Source: a virus. Taken from it: a stretch of 64,000 nucleotides of DNA. Both the position numbers and the translations under genes were made by a program. The notes below the pieces were generated by a model that ran no database searches, was not told where the DNA came from, and saw nothing but the letters and a program-made list of their open reading frames with translations. The stretch lies in IMG/VR virus record IMGVR_UViG_3300048074_000119; one strand, written 5' to 3'. This document shows, piece by piece, positions 45,016 to 53,800 of the stretch (positions are counted from its first letter, which is position 1; the number at the start of each line of letters is the position of its first letter).

Positions 45016-45246
45016 ATGAAGCCAGGCCTCCGCCGCCCCCAGCGCTACCTCGTCAGCCTGTTCGACGAGGTCACCCGACAGACCCGGTACCTGCCCGAAG
45101 AGGGGCGAGACTCTACCACTCTGCCCGAGCGCGCGCGGCAGTTCAAGTCGACCCACGAAGCCAGCACGGTGCTCGACAAGATGAACGACACCTGGAAGCG
45201 CGGCGCGAAGTCCGTCCCTCTTCCTGCGGGCGTGGCGGTCCGATGA
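45016..45246 (+). CDS. hypothetical protein
   Basis: Follows promoter. Confidence 0.5.
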   Translation: MKPGLRRPQRYLVSLFDEVTRQTRYLPEEGRDSTTLPERARQFKSTHEASTVLDKMNDTWKRGAKSVPLPAGVAVR

Positions 45247-45340
45247 TCGGACGCCTGCTCGAGGCGATGATCGTGGTCCTGGCGCTCGGCCTGGGCCTGA
45301 GCATGTGCGCGTCCGAGGGCCCCACCGCCTTGGAGGCGCG

Positions 45341-45967
45341 ATGACGACGAACTTCGACATGCACGCCATCCAGCCCCGCCAGTTGTGGATGAATCGAGAC
45401 ACCGGTGTGCCGGCCAAGATTGTCTCCTACTTGGAGCGGCAGGACCAAGTGGTGCTGATGATCTCCAACGGCGGCGGTGCCGAGAAGCTGGACATCGCGA
45501 CGTTCCGCGCGGCCTACCAGTACCTCCCGCCCCACAAGCACAGCCTCACGAATCCACGCTTCCCGAAGACGAAGCCCCCCGCCTCGGCGAAGGTCACCAA
45601 GAAGCTGACGGGGCGCAAGAAGAGCCCGGAGACGGACCTCGTCAAGAGCATCCTCGCCCGGCTCGAGCAGATGCCAGGGGTCGCGGCCTGGCGGAACAAC
45701 ACCGGGGTCTTCAAGGCCCCTGCGACGGCGACGACGCGCCGCAAGTTCGTGCGCTTCGGCGCCCCCGGGAGCGGGGACATCTTCGTCGTGGTAGCACCCC
45801 TTGGCCGCTTCCTGTCGGTCGAGGCGAAGGCGCCGAAGGGTACAGAGCGCACCAGCCAGAAGCTCTGGCGGCAGAAGATGCGCCGCATGGGCGCAGCCTC
45901 GATCGTGGTGCGCAGCGTAGATGAAGTGGTCGCGGCGATCGTCGCGATGCAGAACGACAAGACGTAG
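45341..45967 (+). CDS. VRR-NUC / PD-(D/E)xK nuclease
   Basis: WRNNTG, G.PG.GDI, FL..EAK.PKG....Q. Confidence 0.8.
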   Translation: MTTNFDMHAIQPRQLWMNRDTGVPAKIVSYLERQDQVVLMISNGGGAEKLDIATFRAAYQYLPPHKHSLTNPRFPKTKPPASAKVTKKLTGRKKSPETDLVKSILARLEQMPGVAAWRNNTGVFKAPATATTRRKFVRFGAPGSGDIFVVVAPLGRFLSVEAKAPKGTERTSQKLWRQKMRRMGAASIVVRSVDEVVAAIVAMQNDKT

Positions 45968-46000
45968 GCAGCGCAGGAGACCCCTGCTGAGGAGACGTGG

Positions 46001-46849
46001 ATGGCCCGCAAGACCAAGACCGAGACCGTGACCGAGACCAAGACCGAAGTGGCGCCGCCCGTGCCCACCCCCACGCCCCAGGCCGCCCCGGCCCCGACCA
46101 AGGGCAAGGCGAAGGCCTCGGCCAAGCCCCTCCCCAAGAACGCGGCCAAGAAGGTGGCTGCCGCCGCCGGGAAGCGTTCCAAGGCCGCCTTGACCGCCCC
46201 CGCGACCCCCAAGAAGAGGGTCATCAACGGCCACCCGGTCCAGCTGCCGACCCCGCAGAGCGCGCCCGCCCCGACCGCCGAGCCGCCCGCCGACCTCGCG
46301 CCCGCCCCCGCCCCCACCCCCGCGGCGCCCGGCCCCACCTCGGACGGCTTCCGGGAGGTCAAGAGCACGGGGCTCGCGCGCACCCTCATGCAGCTCGAAC
46401 GCCCCTGTGAGGTCTGCGGCAAGGCGCTGACCTTCGGCGAGGAAGTGTTCGGTCGCGTCGCCACGATGACCGATGGCACCATGATGCGCGGCGACTTCCA
46501 GCCGCGCTGCCTCGAGCACGGCCCCGATCTCACGGCCCCGATCATGGCGGGTGCCCCGGCGGAGAAGACGCCCCAAGAGCGGGAATGGGAGGCCGTCCAA
46601 GACGAGTCCGATCTGATCAACGAGGCCATCCAGGGGGCGATGTCGGTCCTGCCGCCCCCGGAGAACCCGCCGCGCCGCGCGCTCTCGATCTACCTCTGCT
46701 TCCTCTCTGGTGCCGCCCACGCGGCGCTCGAGATGGGCATCGACTACGAGCACGCGATCGAGGACTTCGCCAACCACTACGGCGAGATCCTCCAGCAGCA
46801 GCGCCACGCGCCCGCAACCCAGCAGGACGGGAATGCCTCGCCCGCGTAG
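46001..46849 (+). CDS. Pro/Ala/Lys-rich protein with zinc ribbon
   Basis: Low-complexity N-terminus; CEVC...CLEH; RBS GAGGAG. Confidence 0.6.
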   Translation: MARKTKTETVTETKTEVAPPVPTPTPQAAPAPTKGKAKASAKPLPKNAAKKVAAAAGKRSKAALTAPATPKKRVINGHPVQLPTPQSAPAPTAEPPADLAPAPAPTPAAPGPTSDGFREVKSTGLARTLMQLERPCEVCGKALTFGEEVFGRVATMTDGTMMRGDFQPRCLEHGPDLTAPIMAGAPAEKTPQEREWEAVQDESDLINEAIQGAMSVLPPPENPPRRALSIYLCFLSGAAHAALEMGIDYEHAIEDFANHYGEILQQQRHAPATQQDGNASPA

Positions 46850-47114
46850 CCTGATGCAGAACCGGCTCTTCATCTACGAGGAGCCGATCCGCACCTCCAC
46901 GGCCGCCCGTGTCCCCCCGATGTTCGGCTTCCGCTGCGACTGCGGGGAGTCGGCCTACGGGGAGCTGCCGGCGGACATCGAGATCGTCGAGGACGTGACC
47001 TCGCTGAGCGAGGCGCTGTCCGAGGCGGACAAGGACGGTCTCGAGGAGTTCCTTCGGGAGCACGAGGCCGCGAAGCACGTCGTTCAGCCCACGCTGATCT
47101 ACGGAGGGAAGTAG
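46833..47114 (+). CDS. hypothetical protein
   Basis: FRCDCG; coupled ORF. Confidence 0.5.
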   Translation: MPRPRSLMQNRLFIYEEPIRTSTAARVPPMFGFRCDCGESAYGELPADIEIVEDVTSLSEALSEADKDGLEEFLREHEAAKHVVQPTLIYGGK

Positions 47115-47117
47115 ACG

Positions 47118-47582
47118 ATGCCGCAGGAGCCGATCGGTTCGAGGGTGGCCGGGTGGGTGGTCCGTGACCCCCATCGCATCCTGCGCAACGCCTGTCTTGA
47201 GGCGAAGGAGGAGTGCCCCGTCGGGGGTTGCTACGCGAACGTCGAAGACGCGCTCGACGACATGCGCGCGTGGTTCAAGAAGTGGGCGCACCAGCTCTAC
47301 TTCCCGAAGCTCGACCAGTTCGCGAAGGTCGCCGTGGAGAACGGTTGGTGGCTCTGCACCAAGATCCAGATCGGGGAGCGTGCGCGGCCGCCCTACCCGA
47401 TGACCGTCCCGCACGCGACGGTCTACGTGGAGGCGCGGACCGACGCACCCGCCGAGTCCTCGCACCCCGCGATCGCGGCAGTCCCCTCGAGTTGGCACGG
47501 CGACCTCAAGCAGCAGATGGTCGACGAGGTGTGGCTCACCCTCGCGCTCGAACCGTGGCCCAAGGCCTCGAACGTCCGATGA
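47118..47582 (+). CDS. hypothetical protein
   Basis: ORF in operon. Confidence 0.5.
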   Translation: MPQEPIGSRVAGWVVRDPHRILRNACLEAKEECPVGGCYANVEDALDDMRAWFKKWAHQLYFPKLDQFAKVAVENGWWLCTKIQIGERARPPYPMTVPHATVYVEARTDAPAESSHPAIAAVPSSWHGDLKQQMVDEVWLTLALEPWPKASNVR

Positions 47583-48490
47583 TCGACGCGCCCTTTCCCT
47601 GGTACGGAGGCAAGTCGCTGGCGGCCCCGGCGATCTGGGACGCGCTGGGCGCCAACGTGGGGCACTACGTCGAGCCCTTCGCTGGGTCTCTCGCGACCCT
47701 GCTGGGTCGTCCAGGGGGGCCGGGGGTCATCGAGACGGTCAACGACAAGGACGCGCTGATCGCGAACTTCTGGCGGGCCGCGGCAGCCAACCCCGAGGAG
47801 CTGGCGAAGAAGGTCGACTGGCCCGTGAACGAGGCCGACCTCCACGCGCGGCATCTGCGCCTCCACGAGCGTCACGAGGCGATCCGCGAGGAGGTGATGA
47901 CCGACCCGCACTTCTACGACGTCACGGCGGCGGCGTGGTGGGTCTGGGGGCTCTGCCAGTGGATCGGCGGCACCTGGTGCGACGGGAAGAAGCCGCGCCG
48001 CCAGCTGCCCAAGCTCGCCTCCCAGAACGGGGTGCTCCGCAAGCGGACGGGACGCAGCGAGCTCGTCCAGTGGTTCGCCGACCTCCAAGCGCGCCTGCGC
48101 CCGGTCCGCGTGGCGTGCGGGGACTGGACGCGCGTGGTCACGGACAGCGTCCTCTTCTGCCAGCAGAACGGCGCGGCGACGACCGTCGGTGTGCTCTTGG
48201 ACCCTCCCTACGCGAAGGGGGACATGGACTACGCGGCCGGGGGCGTGGGCGGCGCGCTGGCGGAGGACGTCCGGAAGTGGGCGGTCGAGCGCGGAGAAGA
48301 CCGCCGCCTACGCATCGTGCTCTGCGGGCTCGAGAGCGACCACGAGATGCCTACGGGCTGGCGCAAGGTCCTCTGGTCGGCGAAGAACGGTTCGCGCGGC
48401 GTCCGCTCGAACGGCCAGAGCGAGTGTCTCTGGCTCTCCCCTCACTGTCTCGGCAACCGTCAGCCCACCCTCTTCCAAGGATTCCTATGA
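47579..48490 (+). CDS. DNA adenine methyltransferase (Dam-like)
   Basis: PFPWYGGK, YVEPFAG, ND.D, DPPY. Confidence 0.9.
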   Translation: MIDAPFPWYGGKSLAAPAIWDALGANVGHYVEPFAGSLATLLGRPGGPGVIETVNDKDALIANFWRAAAANPEELAKKVDWPVNEADLHARHLRLHERHEAIREEVMTDPHFYDVTAAAWWVWGLCQWIGGTWCDGKKPRRQLPKLASQNGVLRKRTGRSELVQWFADLQARLRPVRVACGDWTRVVTDSVLFCQQNGAATTVGVLLDPPYAKGDMDYAAGGVGGALAEDVRKWAVERGEDRRLRIVLCGLESDHEMPTGWRKVLWSAKNGSRGVRSNGQSECLWLSPHCLGNRQPTLFQGFL

Positions 48491-49023
48491 GAGCGATCTA
48501 CCTCACCCCGAACATCGAGACGCTGGCTGTGTCGGTGGGGCTGACCTTCCCGGAAGCCCTCCGCAACGTGGCGGCGCAGGGGGCAGACGAGAACCCACAG
48601 ATCCGCAGCCTCATGCCCGGGATGCTCGAGCTGACGATCAACCAGGTGAGCGGGCACGTTGCGTCACAGCACGAGCGTCTGGTGCAGACCCTCACGGTGA
48701 CGGACATGAACCGCGCGCGGGCGATCTACGCGATCCTGCACGACATCGCGCGCTGCAACGACATCGTCTGGAAGCTGCGCCGTGCACACGAGTTGTGGGG
48801 TGACGGGAGCGAGGTGGCGTCCGGGCAGAGAGCGGAGGCTGTCAAGGCCGTCAGCAGTCTCGCGCTGCTCCCGATCACGGACGGGCGGTTGCACACGTGG
48901 GCCGTCGGGGCTGCCGAGACGATGGCGGTGGTGCTGGTGCGGTCCCTGTCCACCATGCGGATGCTCGAGCCCGCGGAACGTCCGCCCAAGCAGATGGAGA
49001 CGGAAGAGGCCGAGACGTCGTGA
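48487..49023 (+). CDS. hypothetical protein
   Basis: ATGA overlap. Confidence 0.5.
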   Translation: MRAIYLTPNIETLAVSVGLTFPEALRNVAAQGADENPQIRSLMPGMLELTINQVSGHVASQHERLVQTLTVTDMNRARAIYAILHDIARCNDIVWKLRRAHELWGDGSEVASGQRAEAVKAVSSLALLPITDGRLHTWAVGAAETMAVVLVRSLSTMRMLEPAERPPKQMETEEAETS

Positions 49024-49472
49024 AGATCCTGACCTGCACCGAGGGGGAGCGCGAGCTGCTCGACACCGTCCTCGCGTGGTCGCGCGCCCTCGCCGCGTGC
49101 GAGAAGGCCCACGCCCAAGGCGACGAAGCGCGGCGCGTTCAGCAGGCGAACCTCGCCCACGGCACGCTGCACCCGCGCATGGTGACACTCGCGGCGCGGG
49201 AGAGCCGCTGCACGTGGGCGTTCCACCCCTCGTTGAAGGTGTCCCACGGGCAGGCGGCCTACGTGCCGCAGTGGATGATCGACCAATACGAGCGCAACAA
49301 GGCCCACCCCAACCGAGAGCCCGGGTGTCCAGGCTGCGACCTCTTCGGGATCTGCGCGTGGCACCTGACGCCCCCGGAGAACCGCGCCCGCCGCGGTCAC
49401 CCGCGGGCCATGGGCGCGGCCGCCGAGAAGCCGAAGAAGCGGTCCCGCGCGAAGGCCGTGGAGATCGGCTAG
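49020..49472 (+). CDS. hypothetical protein
   Basis: GTGA overlap. Confidence 0.45.
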   Translation: MKILTCTEGERELLDTVLAWSRALAACEKAHAQGDEARRVQQANLAHGTLHPRMVTLAARESRCTWAFHPSLKVSHGQAAYVPQWMIDQYERNKAHPNREPGCPGCDLFGICAWHLTPPENRARRGHPRAMGAAAEKPKKRSRAKAVEIG

Positions 49473-49484
49473 ACTGGGGGCACG

Positions 49485-50153
49485 ATGCCGTTCAAGGTCG
49501 GACCCGATGGCAAGCAGTTGCGTGGCCTGGCCTGCGTGCCCCCCGAGGAGCGCAAGAAGATCGCGAGCAAGGGGCAGAAGGCAGCTCGAGCGAAGGGCGG
49601 CTGCTACCAGTTCGACCACGAGACGGCGGTCCGCGCGGGCCACAAGGGTGGGGCAGCTCCGAAGCGTCGCCTGAAGACGATCGAGGAGGTCACGGAGCGA
49701 ACGGAGGTGGCGATCGCCTCCGCGAAGCACGACGCGAACGAGATGCGCCGTCTGATCGGCACCATCGCGGAAGAGGTCGCCGAGGTCGAGCAGATGGCGG
49801 CGGCCGCCGAAGGCCGTCCGGTGTCGCCCGAGCAGGCGGCCGCGGCGGAGGATGCGCTCGTCAAGTGGACCCGTGGGCAGCTCCCGGCGCCGGTGATGAC
49901 TGCGCTCGGCCGCTTCGGTGGAGCTCAGGACGAGTTCGCGCGTCAGGCCAGGGTGGCCGAGAAGCTCCGTCAGCAGCTCGCCGAGGTGCAGCGTCGCGCT
50001 GCGATGGAGGGCGCGCCTCCGAGTCCGGCCGTGGAGACGCAGGCGATCGCGCGCGACGTCGCCAAGATGGAGAAGGCGATCGAGGCGACGCCTCCGTCGC
50101 AGTCGGTCTCGCTCTTCCGTCGCCTGATGGGTGGCCTCTCGAACGTCGACTGA
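49485..50153 (+). CDS. KGG-motif stress protein fused to coiled coil
   Basis: PEERKKIASKGQK..F..E.A..AG.KGG. Confidence 0.7.
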   Translation: MPFKVGPDGKQLRGLACVPPEERKKIASKGQKAARAKGGCYQFDHETAVRAGHKGGAAPKRRLKTIEEVTERTEVAIASAKHDANEMRRLIGTIAEEVAEVEQMAAAAEGRPVSPEQAAAAEDALVKWTRGQLPAPVMTALGRFGGAQDEFARQARVAEKLRQQLAEVQRRAAMEGAPPSPAVETQAIARDVAKMEKAIEATPPSQSVSLFRRLMGGLSNVD

Positions 50154-50156
50154 GTC

Positions 50157-50450
50157 GTGGGGAGCGGGGAGGAAGAGGGCGGATCGCCCATCGAGCGACT
50201 GGCGAGGCTGCTCGAGCGGGCGGGAGCGCGGGTGACGCTCGACCACGAGCGCAGCACCGCTCGCCCGTGCTTCTTCTGTGGAGCCACGGCGGTGCGTCGC
50301 GACCTCTGCAAGGTCGGCGTCTGGGCAGAGGACCGCCGAGGCAACGTGCGTCGCGGCGACCCCATCGAGCGGCCCGTGTGCGCCGGTTGCCAGGTGGCAC
50401 ATATGGGTCGTTGTGGACCATGCGAGAGCGCTGGTGATCTGAAAAAGTGA
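50157..50450 (+). CDS. zinc-binding hypothetical protein
   Basis: CFFC, CAGC, CGPC. Confidence 0.45.
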   Translation: MGSGEEEGGSPIERLARLLERAGARVTLDHERSTARPCFFCGATAVRRDLCKVGVWAEDRRGNVRRGDPIERPVCAGCQVAHMGRCGPCESAGDLKK

Positions 50451-50631
50451 CGTGGCGCTCGCAATGGCCCTTGCGCGTTGGCAGAGCGTGATCTACTAGT
50501 GATGTCTGTCGGCGAACTGCGGTCGCCGTAACTCGAGGTCGTGGTTCACGGCACTCGAGAACCATCTTCGGATGGACCTCTCGCAATGCGAGACGTAAGC
50601 CCACAACATTGCTGATGTGATTCGGTTACCT

Positions 50632-52145
50632 GTTGAGCGGCCTGCGTGGTGTGTGGATTCGTTCAGGCGGTCGCCTCGCACCTCCCCGTGCGCTTGCTCC
50701 CAGCGACGTTGAGCGGCCTGCGTGGTGTGTGGATTCGTTCAGGCTGTCGCACAACGGTCGAACGGCCTGCGTGTGTGGATTCGTTCAGGGTCGGCTTGTG
50801 CCCCTTCGGCTCGCGGCCGCAGCGAGCGGCAAGTTGAGCGGCCTGCGTGGCGTATGGATTCGTTCAGGATGATGCCTCCTCTGCGTGCTGGACCACCCAG
50901 AACGGCCTGCGTTGTGTGGATTCGTTCAGGGTTACGCATGTGCTTGGTCGCTCGGCCGCTGCGTGTTGGTTGAGCGGCCTGCGTGGTGTGTGGATTCGTT
51001 CAGGGGGGAAGGCCGACAGTTCTAGGCCTGCGTGGTTGTGGATTTCATTCAGGGCCATGACCTGGACCAGCTCGCGGGTTGAGCGGCCCCGCGTGATGTG
51101 TGGATTCGTTCAGGGACAGGCTGGCTGACTCGTACCGCGAAGGGGGTTGAGCGGCCTGCGCAGGCAGGGTGAGGCCCAAAGCCACGCACCTCAGGCCTGG
51201 TGTTGAGCGGCCTGCGTGGTGTGTGGATTCGTTCAGGCTGGCGGGCCACCGACGGTGTGGTGTGTGGACTCGTTCAGGGCGTCGAGCACAGTGTGCCCCA
51301 CTGACCGCCGGTTGGATTCGTGCAGGAGGGCGTCCACGAATAGGCCTGTGAACACGCCGCCGACTGTTGAGTGCCGTTCAGGGGCGAGAGACCCGCGATG
51401 CAAGTATCGCGGGTTTGGCGGTGTGTGCGTTCATGGAGCCCGGAGAGCCTAGAGACCACGTGCGCGTCGTCCGGCCGTTGATTGTCTGCGTGATGTGACG
51501 ATTCGTTCAGGACACCCGGGCAAGCGAGACGCATCATCGAGGCCTTGAGCTGCCTGCGGATTCGTTCAGGGCGCGAGGCTCGTAGCCGCTCCCCAATAGG
51601 GAGGTCTGTTGAGCGGCCTGCGTGGATTCGTTCAGGAAGCACGCTCCACAGAATCAAGATCAACACTCTCCGGTTGAGCGGCCTGCGTGGTGTGTGGATC
51701 TGTTCAGGCTGTTGGGTGCGTATCTCAGGCTCAATGGCGGACACCCCTGGAGATCATGGTGACGTGGATTTCGTCAGGCGGCTGCCGCGCTCGTGGTTCG
51801 ATGGGTTCGGTCAGGGCGCTCCACCTCCATTCTCCGCGGCTAGTAGGGGTCGATGTGGATGCTCCGTCGCGGCCTGCGTGGGGTGTGGATTCGTTCAGGG
51901 CGATCAAGTCCGCGCAAAGTTCCGCTGTCAGGGAGGGGACGCTTCCGATGAGCGCGGTACGCCGCAGGGTCATCGACTAGCGAGCCATCAATGGGGATTC
52001 GTTCAGGTCGTCAACCTCCGCTGGTTCCGAGACCTGCTGATGCTGATGACCGCAGGAGCCCCGCCGGGATAGCCTGTGTGGAGAATTCGTCAGGACGTCG
52101 CGATGCAGTCCACCTCCGGATTGACTTGTGTGTGTGGATCGTAGG
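50632..52145 (+). CRISPR. degenerate CRISPR-like array, 36-bp repeat, no cas genes in window
   Basis: GTTGAGCGGCCTGCGTGGTGTGTGGATTCGTTCAGG exact at 50632, 50708, 50969, 51202; near-exact at 50833, 51078, 51673; about 15 further decayed copies; unique spacers. Confidence 0.75.
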
Positions 52146-52537
52146 GCGTCCGCTCAGGCTATCTTGCCTCACGAAGACTCGCGCAGGGCCAAGGCGCACT
52201 ACTGCAGGTCGCGCACGTGCTTGGTCGCGGTTCCGAAGGCGCACTACTGCAGGGACCTGACACACGAGCTCGAAGCGCAGGTGACGGAGTCACGGATCTT
52301 GGGCGAGCGGGCCTGCGCAGGTTCTACGCGATCGGATGCATCCCCCTTCGTGTCGTGCGGGCATACACAGCAGGGGTCCGGGCCAGTTCGCGCCAAGACG
52401 CAGGTCGCGAGTACGTGACCGCTAGGCAGGGCACCAGTATCAAGCACATGGCAGGTGGACGAATCACGGCTTGGCGGGCTAGACCGCGGCCTGATTCACA
52501 AGACCCCGCAGGTCGTAGCCTCGTGTCTCCGCGGCGC

Positions 52538-53044
52538 TCAGCCGCTGACGAAGTCGCGAATCTCGGCAGGGCCGAGTCCAGACAGTGCCCCCACGACGAC
52601 CCAGTGTCGTGCGCGCGGGTCACGGGTCGGGATGGTTGCCAGCTCGGGGTTCGCCTCGGTCAGTTCGTCGTAGAGTCCGTCCACCAGCACCTGCCGCTCG
52701 AGGTGGTCGCCCGCCTCGGCGAGCGCCATCTGGGCGCGGTCGGCGTCCACCGGGGAGACCGATAGGTGGTAGTGGTGCGACCCCATCGCGATCGACGGGC
52801 GTCCGCGAGGCGCCCAGCGTCGCACGAGGTCGAGCCACAGCTCGCGGTCGACCCGGAACGGTGTCCGGGCGGCCTGAGGGTCACAGTTCGCGCACGCGCA
52901 CCCCACGGGGTGGTGCACGACCAGCTTCTGGAGCAGCGGCATCGTGAGCCCGACAGCCGCGAGTGCGGTGACGACCATGGAGTCGATCTTGGCGTCGGCC
53001 GCCACCTGGACGCCGAGGGCAGAGAGCTCGTCGAAGCGGGTCAC
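52538..53044 (-). CDS. hypothetical protein
   Basis: CACANC; ORF in minus block. Confidence 0.5.
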   Translation of the reverse strand: MTRFDELSALGVQVAADAKIDSMVVTALAAVGLTMPLLQKLVVHHPVGCACANCDPQAARTPFRVDRELWLDLVRRWAPRGRPSIAMGSHHYHLSVSPVDADRAQMALAEAGDHLERQVLVDGLYDELTEANPELATIPTRDPRARHWVVVGALSGLGPAEIRDFVSG

Positions 53045-53053
53045 CGGACCATC

Positions 53054-53467
53054 CTACGATGCCCAGGCCGGGATCGTCCACGGAGGGTCCCCCTCGAGTC
53101 GTTCGGCCCAACGCCAGCCTGCGTGGCCGCCCCAGAGCTGCCAGGCGACCCAGCCGTGGGTGTGGTCCCGGTCCCAGCCCGGCCGATGGTCGACTTGGTG
53201 GCGACGGAACCAGTTCCGCATCATGCGGAGGGTCTCGCGCGGGATGCTGCCGCCACGCGCGAGCGCTCGCGCGCGCTCGAGCGCGCCCTCCGTCAGCCCG
53301 GCTCCCCCGAACCCTTCGTCCACGAGGCGGAGGCCGTCCGCGGCCGCCTTGGAGACCCCGGCGGGGATCTCGGCGACCGCGAGGCGGGTGGGGCGCACGG
53401 CGCGCACGGTCGACCGGCGCGCCCCCCGCCGCCGCTTGCGCGAACGCTTCTTCCGGACCGTGGCCAC
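53054..53467 (-). CDS. conserved phage protein
   Basis: G...RAR.LA......ET...M..WF.RH...AW.LWGG.AG..WA motif recalled from phage head-region genes. Confidence 0.7.
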   Translation of the reverse strand: MATVRKKRSRKRRRGARRSTVRAVRPTRLAVAEIPAGVSKAAADGLRLVDEGFGGAGLTEGALERARALARGGSIPRETLRMMRNWFRRHQVDHRPGWDRDHTHGWVAWQLWGGHAGWRWAERLEGDPPWTIPAWAS

Positions 53468-53476
53468 CCGCCGAGG

Positions 53477-53800
53477 TTAGCCGGTCTTCGTGCGGAGCGC
53501 GATCCCGTCATCGGCCAGGCGCTGGTCGCACCAGACCCTCGCGTCGGCCTCGGAGTCGCGCACGCACTCGACCGCCGGTCCGCGCAGGGAGCGAACCCGA
53601 GCGCACCATCGGCCGTCGTCCAGTGGGAAGACGGCAGCACACCAGACCTGAGGGTCGTCCAGAGTTCGCCCGCGAACAGAGCGCAACGAGCCCTTGGGCT
53701 CGGACCACGGCGAGGCCGTGGGCGGGAGGCTGTCGCGGACGACGGCGACATCGTCCCCCGAGAGCGTGGGGATAGCGGCGAGGATCTCGTCGAGGGTCAT
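53477..53800 (-). CDS. hypothetical protein
   Basis: Coupled ORF. Confidence 0.45.
   Translation of the reverse strand: MTLDEILAAIPTLSGDDVAVVRDSLPPTASPWSEPKGSLRSVRGRTLDDPQVWCAAVFPLDDGRWCARVRSLRGPAVECVRDSEADARVWCDQRLADDGIALRTKTG

Noticed and set aside
50632-52145. Repeat starts with GTTGAGC, matching the integron core GTTRRRY
   Set aside because: No inverse core RYYYAAC on the same strand, no cassette ORFs and no integrase, so not attC sites.
50633-52623. ORFs called within the array (e.g. LSGLRGVWIRSG repeats)
   Set aside because: They are translations of the DNA repeat, with frame-breaking indels between units.
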